Below are positions 28,838 through 36,601 of a stretch of DNA of 45,743 bases, piece by piece (the first letter of the stretch is position 1; each line of letters begins with the position of its first letter). Below the pieces are notes generated by a model, which did no database searches, was not told the DNA's origin, and saw only the letters and a program-made list of their open reading frames with translations. The translations under genes and the position numbers were made by a program. The stretch spans positions 1-45,743 of IMG/VR virus record IMGVR_UViG_3300022407_004562; one strand, given 5' to 3'. Origin of the DNA: a virus (Duplodnaviria > Caudoviricetes).

Positions 28838-29967
28838 ACTGGACGCCAAGTGTTGTTGGTGTAATTATCCGACATAAGCATAGACATCCTTTGTTTTGGC
28901 GGCAGTGCGCACACGTCAAAGAAGGGACACTTGCCATACTTGCCAACGCACCATGTGGTTTTACGTGGGAAGTAAGTGTTGGTGAGGTTGGCAAAGAGTT
29001 CCTCGATGAGCGCAAGGGCGTCCCGCTTGAACTCTTCCACGTGCCAGTCGGAGTAGTTATATTGACGACGCAGGGCTTCAAAGGGCTTGGAGGTGGTGGG
29101 CTTGCCGCTCTTGGTGAATGCGGCAACAGGCTTGCGGCAAGCGAGAACGTTAGCGAGGAATCCTTTAATTGGGAGGTCTGGAAAAGCTGCACGGACCGCG
29201 GAAAAGTAACCCACTGGCTGCATGGCGATCTCGAATCCATCGAAGAAATCCTGAGAGAGGATGGAGGTGGTTTTGTGATCTACGACGTAGAGTGAACCGT
29301 TAACTTCTGCTAGCATGTCAACAATGCCGGACCATTCGATGTGAACTGGAATAGACAATGTGCCTCTTGCAATATGATTCTTCTCCTGAGCTTCATCATT
29401 AGTCAAAGTGCCTAGTCCCCAAGAACCAAAGATTCCAATGGGTAGTTCACTCTTACCCAGCGGAAACGAGAAGGAGAACTCAACCAAGGGTTTGTCTTGG
29501 TAGGTGAATGGGGTGAGGATTTCGTCTTTGTAATGGGTGATGTAAGAGTGGAAGGACTGGATGGCGTAGTCAGATGTGCGGTAGTCAGGGGAGAAGTGGG
29601 AGGGAGGGGACTCCGCGAAGGTGGATTCGATGGCGGAGTAGCAACGGGAGAGGAGAGCTTCGCGGGTAAGGGTGGTGAAATCTTCTGCAAGCTCATAGCT
29701 TCCAATCTTGTGCTTGTTCCGATACCAGATTTCCAACCCAGCGTGAATAGCTGCACCGAATGTGAGCGCTGCGCGGGAGCCGGATTGGCGTGAGTGGACG
29801 AGCTTGTATTCCGCCGAGCGGTTGCAGGAGAGGAGGGATTCGATGCTGGACCAGTCAACGCGGAAGAGCAGTGAGCCGTCAGGCTGCCAGTGGAACATCT
29901 TGCGGATGGGCAGAGTGGACGGAGGGGTTGAGGCCTGCGAGCGGTCTGAGAGGTTGAGAGAAATCAT
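28834..29967 (-). CDS. Cas4-like PD-(D/E)XK exonuclease
   Basis: SCNR, FGAAIH, GIVD...VVDHKTT, Q..Y, C-terminal C..C..C; likely start ATG 29967. Confidence 0.85.
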   Translation of the reverse strand: MISLNLSDRSQASTPPSTLPIRKMFHWQPDGSLLFRVDWSSIESLLSCNRSAEYKLVHSRQSGSRAALTFGAAIHAGLEIWYRNKHKIGSYELAEDFTTLTREALLSRCYSAIESTFAESPPSHFSPDYRTSDYAIQSFHSYITHYKDEILTPFTYQDKPLVEFSFSFPLGKSELPIGIFGSWGLGTLTNDEAQEKNHIARGTLSIPVHIEWSGIVDMLAEVNGSLYVVDHKTTSILSQDFFDGFEIAMQPVGYFSAVRAAFPDLPIKGFLANVLACRKPVAAFTKSGKPTTSKPFEALRRQYNYSDWHVEEFKRDALALIEELFANLTNTYFPRKTTWCVGKYGKCPFFDVCALPPKQRMSMLMSDNYTNNTWRPV

Positions 29968-30075
29968 GTGGGTTGATGATGGTGTGGTGACAAGGAGAGG
30001 TGAAGGGTTCACCAGAGACTGCGAGTAGTTCACGGAAGTAGGAGAACGGTCCGTGGATGTAAACGACTGTGCGGT

Positions 30076-30342
30076 TTAAGCGGGTGAAGTGGACAGTGCA
30101 GGTGCAGAAGTGGAGTTCGAAGAAACGGCGGAGCATAGGAGACGTTTGAGTTTGAGGCGGAGTTTCTTAGATGTGCGGATACGAGGGATGGGGGATTGAG
30201 TGGTTGGGTCCCAGCGGCGAGTGGTATAACGGGGAATGATTTCGTCAGGAGTGCCAGGTTTGAGCGAGGGAATGCGGATTTTTTTGACGAGTTGACGGAG
30301 GTAGTGGTTGCCTGCGGAGTCGGTAATGATGTGGGTTTGCAT
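30076..30342 (-). CDS. Hypothetical basic protein
   Basis: 88-aa ORF. Confidence 0.5.
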   Translation of the reverse strand: MQTHIITDSAGNHYLRQLVKKIRIPSLKPGTPDEIIPRYTTRRWDPTTQSPIPRIRTSKKLRLKLKRLLCSAVSSNSTSAPALSTSPA

Positions 30343-30343
30343 G

Positions 30344-30583
30344 TTAGATAAGTCCTGAGAGTGCGGTTTCGATTTTGACTTGCTTAGGTGCTTTGCCGGA
30401 GAGGGTTTTGGCTGCTGTGGTGCGGGCTTTTTTTCTCTCCGCCGGGGAAACTCGAGTCGCGCGGGTGGTTTTAAGCAGAGCTTGAAGCTCGGTTTCGTTT
30501 AGTTGCTCGACATCTTTGCCCATGATTTCATGGAATGGGACATCCGCGTAGAGGTGTTGGAGGTGGGATTTTTGCTCAAGCAT
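30344..30583 (-). CDS. Hypothetical protein
   Basis: 79-aa ORF with basic C-terminus. Confidence 0.6.
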   Translation of the reverse strand: MLEQKSHLQHLYADVPFHEIMGKDVEQLNETELQALLKTTRATRVSPAERKKARTTAAKTLSGKAPKQVKIETALSGLI

Positions 30584-30836
30584 GGAATTGCATGGTTTGG
30601 ATTAGATCGTGAACGCGCTGTTCGTTGGCTTCAGCATCAGCGGCAGAGAGGGCAACGGGAACGAGGGGTTTGAGGTTTTTCATAAATTGGAAAAACAAGG
30701 CACCGCAAATGGCGTCCTTGATTCCGTGGCGTGGAAGGCGGGACTGGAGTTCGTGGAGGTCATCTTTGGAAACTTGGAACTCGGTTTTCTTGGTGTTACT
30801 GTCGGGGTGCAAGTAGGGGTTTGTGACACAGATCAT
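30576..30836 (-). CDS. Hypothetical protein
   Basis: 86-aa ORF with coupled start and stop. Confidence 0.6.
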   Translation of the reverse strand: MICVTNPYLHPDSNTKKTEFQVSKDDLHELQSRLPRHGIKDAICGALFFQFMKNLKPLVPVALSAADAEANEQRVHDLIQTMQFHA

Positions 30837-31384
30837 AGAAGGGTGAAGACGGACGGGTTAGTTGTTGGAACTAGTTCAATGTTTGGATAGTCGGTGGTTA
30901 GTGTGGGATAAGCGTCAAGATTGACGTTGGAAATTGTGAGAGGGATGGTGATGTGGTCGAAGTTCTTGAGGTGGAGGACCGCATGGAGGGTGGTGGGAGA
31001 GGAGCAGTCAATGGGAGGGAGAGAGCGGGCCTCGTCGGCAAGGGAGGAAGGGGCGGAGCCGCTGGTGGAATCCGAAGCGAGGGATAGACCTTTGTGTTTT
31101 CTGGAAGGTCGCCGTGGGCCGATATAAACTTTGCCGTCTGGGGCATTCGAGAATACGAATTCGCGGAGGAGAAGGGAGGCACGGTCTCGTGAAATGGTGG
31201 AAGAGATGGATGGGTGGGCGAGGTAGTTCTCGAGGGCGAGCTTGAGATTGATGCGGACGGTGGATTGGCCTGCGCCGGAGAAGGAGATTTCGCTGGGGGC
31301 TGGGTAGCGGGCGATAATCTCAGCGAGGATGGTCTCGTAGAGACGGAAGTGAGGCTCGGCTTGTGGGAGTGGGTGGGGGGACAT
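30833..31384 (-). CDS. Hypothetical protein
   Basis: 183 aa from ATG 31384; the track's GTG at 31420 falls inside a tRNA-like RNA. Confidence 0.6.
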   Translation of the reverse strand: MSPHPLPQAEPHFRLYETILAEIIARYPAPSEISFSGAGQSTVRINLKLALENYLAHPSISSTISRDRASLLLREFVFSNAPDGKVYIGPRRPSRKHKGLSLASDSTSGSAPSSLADEARSLPPIDCSSPTTLHAVLHLKNFDHITIPLTISNVNLDAYPTLTTDYPNIELVPTTNPSVFTLL

Positions 31385-31399
31385 AAGGAGGAAAGTGGG

Positions 31400-31567
31400 T
31401 GACTCAGGCCGGAATTGCACCGGCTAGATAATACGTTACTCAATACATTAAACTCTTGTTATAAACGCCCTCACCCGTATCGCCACTCTGTTTGGATTGC
31501 TCCAGCGAAGTTTGATGTCAGACTTATTTTAATGTATTTGCGTGTCACTGTCCACGCCGCTGAGTCA
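31400..31567 (-). ncRNA. tRNA-like RNA 2 with expanded central arm
   Basis: GACUCAG/CUGAGUC acceptor-like stem plus ACC; GCGUG-GACAGUGA-CACGC arm; 11-bp AAUACAUUAAA/UUUAAUGUAUU arm; GCCGG-UGCAAUU-CCGGC T-like arm. Confidence 0.7.
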
Positions 31568-31571
31568 TTTG

Positions 31572-31718
31572 GAAAACAGAATCCAGCGGGCAGGGCTTGA
31601 TACCTGCTTGGTGAGCGTCTATGTGGCGCTATCATTAAGCGGCTATTCTCCGCACTCACCGGCATACTCTAAACACAAAGCCGCGTGTCCTTCCACGCCG
31701 CCGCTGGATTCTGTTTTC
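31572..31718 (-). ncRNA. tRNA-like RNA 1 with 18-bp closing stem
   Basis: Perfect 18-bp stem 31572-31589/31701-31718; GCGUG-GAAGGA-CACGC arm; GGUGAG/CUCACC arm; GCAGG-UAUCAAGC-CCUGC T-like arm. Confidence 0.7.
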
Positions 31719-31739
31719 AAGTTGTCAAGGATCAAAAGG

Positions 31740-31812
31740 TGAGCGCGGAAAGAATCGAACTTTCCCTGTGAGCAGTTGCAGGCTGCTCCGTGGTGGGTTT
31801 CTCCACGCGCTC
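31740..31812 (-). tRNA. Atypical tRNA/pseudo-tRNA (anticodon UGC or GCA, ambiguous)
   Basis: 73 nt; GAGCGCG/CGCGCUC acceptor stem; GAAAG-UUCGAUU-CUUUC T arm; GAGCAG-CCUGCAA-CUGCUC arm; non-canonical D arm; followed by CCU rather than CCA. Confidence 0.65.
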
Positions 31813-31849
31813 TTTTAAGTTGAGCCACCACATTGTCAGCAGGTTGCTC

Positions 31850-32393
31850 AGTCTCTGGAGTAGGCCGTCTCCACGGTTCCAGCCCGTCGTTGCAGTGACG
31901 GAGCCGAGGCTGGAAGGTTGAGGACAATCTCGTTTCTTATACCTTCAATCGCACGCTGCATTTTGTTCTCTCAACAGTAAGCAGCAGGGCCATCTGTTTC
32001 TGAGCCGGGTTTAACGGACACCGGTGTCGGAGAACTGTGTTGCGTTTCAGTTCACTTCTACGGAGGGTCAGATACTTTACATGTGCATACCCACAGCACA
32101 CATGGCCGGCGTTTAGCGTGATTTCGGTTCTTCACGGAGGGTTCCAAAACTTACTACCCACAAATAGCAACTTTACAGCTTGCAACTGGCAGTCCTTTTG
32201 TCCAGTGGGATCAGCAAATGTCTGGTGAGGATGGACGCTCGGCAGGTTCACACGGTCGATAGTAAGCGCACCGCTACAGTCTGCTGCTTTCCTACCCTCA
32301 AATCAACACACTGGTCAGGTCGCTCACTAGATACTTGAATACCGAAGCGTGACTTTCTCACTGTGCCCTCACTGCAATGTGCTGATTTGAAGG
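31850..32393 (-). ncRNA. Candidate large structured RNA(s)
   Basis: No convincing ORF; 16-bp stem 32295-32310/32378-32393 with two G-U pairs on the minus strand; 9-bp long-range stem 31979-31987/32281-32289; many local hairpins. Confidence 0.5.
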
Positions 32394-32420
32394 TGAGCAG
32401 TTTAACGACGTGCTCAGGTC
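32392..32420 (-). promoter_or_regulatory. Candidate H-type RNA pseudoknot (copy 2)
   Basis: GACCUGAGCACGUCGUUAAACUGCUCACC; 25/29 identical to 25893-25921. Confidence 0.6.
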
Positions 32421-32499
32421 AGCAATGTTGGAAGTTAAACGGTTTGATTAGCTAGCGTAACAGCCCCGTTTCATTACTTGCTGCCACAACTTTACAACA

Positions 32500-33132
32500 T
32501 TAAACCAACCCAGCTGGGAGCGCGAGGGAACGACGTTTGTCGTCGATCTCCAGCGCGCGGGCGATACCAGTGGTGGTAAAGCCGCCGAGGGTTTCGAAGT
32601 TGAACCCTGGATTCTGGGCGGACCAGCGGGCGACGAAGGAGTCTTCCGTGATGGGGTTGCCGTCGGAACCAAGCGTGCCAGCTTCGACCATAGCCAAGAG
32701 CTGGTTGGCAAGGTTGATGAACTTCTGCGCAGGCTCCGCTTCGGTTTCCTTGGCGGGGACTTCGAATGGGATCGTCGCAGCGACCTGAGCGTGGGTGACA
32801 TAATAGTCAGCCTCGGAGATCAGTTCTTTTTCCAGAAGGTGCTTGATGTAGTCAGCTTCCGTGATGAGGATTTCCGTGGTCTCACCCTTGCGGTTCGTGC
32901 GAGTCTTACCGCTGGACGGGATTGCGACGCCAGTCTGGGCGACAAGAGCTGCGACAAGAGCCTTGCGGAACTTGTTGTTCCAGGAGTTGTAGAAGATCTG
33001 GCGCACGGCGACGTTGTGCACGTCAACGGGGTTGGAGATAGCAACGAGGCCATCAAGCGTTGCGGGGATCTGGACGATCGCTTTGGCGCCGAGGGTGTTG
33101 TTTTCGTATGGGATGTATTGGATTTCAGCCAT
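32500..33132 (-). CDS. Hypothetical protein, probably highly expressed
   Basis: 210 aa; long AC-rich leader and candidate own promoter. Confidence 0.75.
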   Translation of the reverse strand: MAEIQYIPYENNTLGAKAIVQIPATLDGLVAISNPVDVHNVAVRQIFYNSWNNKFRKALVAALVAQTGVAIPSSGKTRTNRKGETTEILITEADYIKHLLEKELISEADYYVTHAQVAATIPFEVPAKETEAEPAQKFINLANQLLAMVEAGTLGSDGNPITEDSFVARWSAQNPGFNFETLGGFTTTGIARALEIDDKRRSLALPAGLV

Positions 33133-33219
33133 GTGGGTTGTGTTTGTTTGTGTTTTGGTTTGCCACCGTTTTGGTGGAATTTGTTAATGCGATGCGGCTG
33201 GGCCGAACGGCAAGGTGGA

Positions 33220-33247
33220 AAGATACCGCGCGCGGGAAAAAGTGCAA
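33220..33247 (-). promoter_or_regulatory. Possible sigma70-type promoter
   Basis: TTGCAC-N16-TATCTT in the intergenic gap upstream of 33132. Confidence 0.4.
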
Positions 33248-33298
33248 GCGGGAAGTTAGGAAAAAGCGGAAAAGCCTTTCATGGTGGGGAAGGGTGGA

Positions 33299-33517
33299 TT
33301 ACCGATTTTCGGAAGCAGGTGGTGGGAGGGATTGGAGGGACTCGAAGTCGTCGTGTTGCCAGTAAGCGCCGATTTGGAAGAAGATGTGGGCGAGAATCCA
33401 AGCGACAATTAAACAAATGAGCACTGGTTTTGCATCAACGGATAAGCTGGGAGTAAGTATTGCAAAGGTTAGAACGAAAGTTAGTGAGATTAGAGAAGCG
33501 GCGACGATGAGGGTCAT
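33299..33517 (-). CDS. Small membrane protein (2 TM)
   Basis: Two hydrophobic stretches in 72 aa. Confidence 0.6.
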   Translation of the reverse strand: MTLIVAASLISLTFVLTFAILTPSLSVDAKPVLICLIVAWILAHIFFQIGAYWQHDDFESLQSLPPPASENR

Positions 33518-33702
33518 GGTTTAAACAGATCAGAGGTTGATTGTTGGAAAGCGGTTTCTTTGCCGTCTTGATCTTGGTCAGTGAGGCAGGATTCACAGAG
33601 GTCGTCATAGTGCTCGACGGGGTTGCCACAAGGGCAGGTGGGAGGGATGCGGCGGGCGTCGATTTCTTTGTTGGAGGGCTCACCGAATCGGGTGGTTCTC
33701 AT
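33514..33702 (-). CDS. Small Cys-rich protein
   Basis: CPCG...CESC. Confidence 0.55.
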   Translation of the reverse strand: MRTTRFGEPSNKEIDARRIPPTCPCGNPVEHYDDLCESCLTDQDQDGKETAFQQSTSDLFKP

Positions 33703-33884
33703 AGGTCAACGATTTGGTTGAATTCTTCGAGGGACATCTTGTATTCGGTGTCTGGATCACCCGCGAGGTGGAACTTGTAAATAAGTCCACCTGTAGCTTT
33801 GGAGTTTTCAGGCCAGATGCAAGTGATCTGGTGGATGTTGATGTAGAGACCGGAGGATAGGCGGAAGAAGGTGGGGTTAGTCAT
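33699..33884 (-). CDS. Hypothetical protein
   Basis: ATG 33884; YINIHQITCI-type small phage protein. Confidence 0.55.
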   Translation of the reverse strand: MTNPTFFRLSSGLYINIHQITCIWPENSKATGGLIYKFHLAGDPDTEYKMSLEEFNQIVDL

Positions 33885-34086
33885 CTGTGTGAATTGGGTC
33901 AAGATAAGTTTTATCGAGATACTTGAACTTTTTGTTTAACTTGGTAAAGCGCTTTTGCAGCCTAAGCAAGCGCTCTTGAAAGATTGATGCAGCACAGTTA
34001 CCGCAAAGGCATTGTTTAAACCCGCGGACACCAAACATGGAGCCGGAATAAGGATACCGGCATTTAGGGCAGAATGCATTACTCAT
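33877..34086 (-). CDS. Small zinc-finger-like protein
   Basis: CPKC...CLCGNC. Confidence 0.55.
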   Translation of the reverse strand: MSNAFCPKCRYPYSGSMFGVRGFKQCLCGNCAASIFQERLLRLQKRFTKLNKKFKYLDKTYLDPIHTDD

Positions 34087-35734
34087 CAGTCACGGTGATT
34101 TCATAAAGGGTTTCCTGTGCGCGGGTAATGGCGACGTAGATTAGGTTGTGCTCTTGGTCCAACATCCAGTCTTGCGTAGCGAATTTGCTCGGCATCCAAG
34201 CGTTGCGACCGAGAAGATAGACGGTGGGCCATTCGAGGCCTTTGGATTTGTGGATGGAAGAGAGGGTGAGCTTGGGTGGGGCTTTGGGATCGTAGTCGGA
34301 GAAGAGTTGTTCGAGGGTTTGGTAGAAGAGGGTTAGGGAGGTGATGTGAGGGAGGGATAGGACGGAGGTGACGGCGGTGATTTTGTCCTGGAGCAGTTCG
34401 AGTTTGTAAGCTGGGAGCTTTTGGGATTGTTCGGTGAGGTGCTTGCGGAGAGCGAGAGTGAGCGAGGGCTTGTCAGCTGGGTTGAACTTTTTGCAGAAAC
34501 GGATTAGTTCTTGGCCGATGTCTTTGCCCTCAATGCGGCAGGGGATGCGAGCATTGAGGAGTTTGAAGGCTAGGGAGATGAGTGGTGCGTTCTTGCGACA
34601 GAGGATTGCGGAGGTTTGGAAGGACTGGGTGGAGCCTTGGGTGAAGAGGGTTTCTTCGAATTGGAATTCAGGGAGCGTGCGGACGATGCCGGGAGGTGCA
34701 GCTTGGCGGGGTTGAATGTGAGGGACGATGGATTGTGCGTGGTGGATGACCGCGGTGGAGCAACGGAAGCAGGTAGAGAGGGGGAGTTCGTGGGCGGAGA
34801 ATTCTTTTTTGAGGATGTCAAGAGCGTCGTTATCCGCGCCGGTGAAGCCGTAGATTGCTTGATGGCGGTCGCCGACAGCGATGAGGTGGCCACCGGGTAT
34901 GGCTGGATTTAACACAACACCAAGATCTTCCACTTCGTAGTCTTCAACGTGCTGAGGAACTTCTTTTTTGAGCATCCTCTTCGCTACCTCCCGCCGAGTG
35001 GCATTGGTGTCCTGGGCTTCGTCGATGAACACAAAATCAAACTGTGGGAAGGGAAGATTTTGTGCCAGCGGCATGTAGATCATGTCGTTGAAGTCGATCT
35101 TCGCGGTGTCTTGGAGGGACTTGAAAAACAGATCAGAGGCCAGGGTGAGGAAGAGATTAAACGGCAGCTTGTCCTCATTCCAGCTGAGATCATGGTAAGC
35201 AATTAGGCGCTTCCACTCCGCGGTGTTATTGGGGAAGAACAACCCCATCCCGGAGTCTTTGGCAATCGAAACCGCTTGGCAGATGGGTTTGGAGAATTCC
35301 CAAGAGAGCTTGTGTGTTTTGAGCCACGGGTCGAGGATGTCAGAGAGCTTGAAGGTGTTGGGTTTGCGGAAGCCGAAGGCTTGTTTAAAGGCAGAAAACC
35401 CGAAGCCGTGGACCGTGTTGACTTCGACCCACTGGGTGAGGCCGAGTTGGTCAATGCGGTGCTTGAGTTCATCTCGGATCTTGGCATTGAAGGCCATAAG
35501 AGCGATGCGCTTGGAGGGTCTGAAGCCCTGGGCGTGCCAGCGGTTGATGATGTTGGCGATCATTTGAATAATCGTGAACGTCTTGCCAGAACCCGCAACG
35601 GCTTCGATGATGAGGTGTCCGTTGGGCCAATCTGTCCACTTGACACACGCCATTTGTTCCTCGGTAAGGTTGGATGACAGAGGAACAGGGGTGAAGGCTG
35701 GAGGGGGTGGGAGGGAAGAAAGGGAGATGTTCAT
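34079..35734 (-). CDS. UvrD/Rep-like SF1 helicase
   Basis: EAVAGSGKT, AFN, TVHGF, FIDEAQD, VGDRHQAIYGFTGA, CFRC, LCRKNA, SIHKSKGLEW, LIYVAITRA. Confidence 0.92.
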   Translation of the reverse strand: MNISLSSLPPPPAFTPVPLSSNLTEEQMACVKWTDWPNGHLIIEAVAGSGKTFTIIQMIANIINRWHAQGFRPSKRIALMAFNAKIRDELKHRIDQLGLTQWVEVNTVHGFGFSAFKQAFGFRKPNTFKLSDILDPWLKTHKLSWEFSKPICQAVSIAKDSGMGLFFPNNTAEWKRLIAYHDLSWNEDKLPFNLFLTLASDLFFKSLQDTAKIDFNDMIYMPLAQNLPFPQFDFVFIDEAQDTNATRREVAKRMLKKEVPQHVEDYEVEDLGVVLNPAIPGGHLIAVGDRHQAIYGFTGADNDALDILKKEFSAHELPLSTCFRCSTAVIHHAQSIVPHIQPRQAAPPGIVRTLPEFQFEETLFTQGSTQSFQTSAILCRKNAPLISLAFKLLNARIPCRIEGKDIGQELIRFCKKFNPADKPSLTLALRKHLTEQSQKLPAYKLELLQDKITAVTSVLSLPHITSLTLFYQTLEQLFSDYDPKAPPKLTLSSIHKSKGLEWPTVYLLGRNAWMPSKFATQDWMLDQEHNLIYVAITRAQETLYEITVTDE

Positions 35735-36126
35735 TGGGGGAGGTTTTGCCAGAGGTTAAGGGTTCTGAGGAACGCTTCGGCCCGTTGGGCGGCGGTGGCG
35801 AAGCAAAGTGCATACACGTCGCCGTTTGATAGCGGGTCGCCTGCATCTTTTGGAAGTAGCAGGCGCACGTAACGTAGCAGTTGGGATTCAACAAGCACCT
35901 TCTCCGCCTCGTGCATCGCGTTGAGGTCGTTGAGGTAGTTTGGGACCATGTGTGTAAATATTTTACGAGACCAATCTTCGCCCGTGCATCCTATGGTGTT
36001 TTCGCAAATTGTCCCATCCGGCCTGCGCAGCCTCCAATAAAGAGTTTCGTAATTTACCGGGCCATAATTTTCGATTTTCCACCCGCAAGCCTGCGCGATG
36101 GCGATTCGTTGTGCTTCTGGTGTCAT
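35731..36126 (-). CDS. Phage ABA-sandwich-like domain protein
   Basis: IAQACGW...PNYLNDLNAMHEAEK...ATAAQRAEAFL pattern. Confidence 0.6.
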   Translation of the reverse strand: MTPEAQRIAIAQACGWKIENYGPVNYETLYWRLRRPDGTICENTIGCTGEDWSRKIFTHMVPNYLNDLNAMHEAEKVLVESQLLRYVRLLLPKDAGDPLSNGDVYALCFATAAQRAEAFLRTLNLWQNLPQ

Positions 36127-36401
36127 GGCTCGTCAAAATGGATGGGCTTGGAGTTAATCGGAAGCAATTCAACCTTCACCGCGAGTTTGTTCACGAGGAT
36201 GGATTGACCGCCAGTGAGCTGGTAGAAGGAACAAATGCCAGAGAAGATGTTGAGAATAGCGTGGTGGTATTTGATACCGTTGTGGGTGATGAGCGGGAAG
36301 GTGATGTTGCCGTCGTCGGTGTGGATTCGTTCGTCGCGTTTTGAGGCTTCGGAGTGGGAGTCGACGGAGAAGAGTTGAGAGGGGATGGATGCGGGGTTCA
36401 T
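36123..36401 (-). CDS. Hypothetical protein
   Basis: 92 aa; ATGA coupling. Confidence 0.55.
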   Translation of the reverse strand: MNPASIPSQLFSVDSHSEASKRDERIHTDDGNITFPLITHNGIKYHHAILNIFSGICSFYQLTGGQSILVNKLAVKVELLPINSKPIHFDEP

Positions 36402-36601
36402 TGTTGTGAATTAGGCTTGTCTTGTTTAGCAAGTTCACGGGCTTGTTGAACATGTTTTGTGTTTACATGACCCGCAAGGATAAGAAGCTCTAACGTGAGC
36501 TTTAACTCTCTTTCCGCTTTTTGCGCTGATTGAGTTAATGTGAGTAGAACGTCGCGTTCGTTCTTAAGATCTTCGTAGGTTTGTTCTTCTTTGGGATTCA
36601 T
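36398..36601 (-). CDS. Hypothetical coiled-coil protein
   Basis: 67 aa from ATG 36601. Confidence 0.55.
   Translation of the reverse strand: MNPKEEQTYEDLKNERDVLLTLTQSAQKAERELKLTLELLILAGHVNTKHVQQARELAKQDKPNSQQ

Noticed and set aside
28834-29967. Cas4-like gene as evidence of a CRISPR system
   Set aside because: No cas1/cas2 or array; solo Cas4-like nucleases beside Sak4 and SSB are ordinary phage recombination modules.
31590-31607. CAGG-UAUCAAGC-CCUG resembles the twister ribozyme P4/L4 hairpin
   Set aside because: I could not build P1, P2 or the matching pseudoknot partner with the catalytic G; the equivalent arm in the neighbouring RNA is a plain T-loop.
32156-32216. SAM-II riboswitch-like string (GCUGAU...UUGCAAGC...UAAA...GCUA) on the minus strand
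   Set aside because: The SAM-binding UUU and A-tract are absent, and no start codon follows.
31471-32228. Short ORFs listed within the ncRNA block (31471-31665, 31643-31927, 32037-32228 and others)
   Set aside because: Mostly non-ATG starts, no leader or coupling like the real genes, and they overlap strongly paired RNA elements.
31400-32420. tmRNA, group I intron or CRISPR mini-array
   Set aside because: No G3:U70 tRNA-Ala-like ends or tag frame, no intron core recognised, and no regularly spaced direct repeats.
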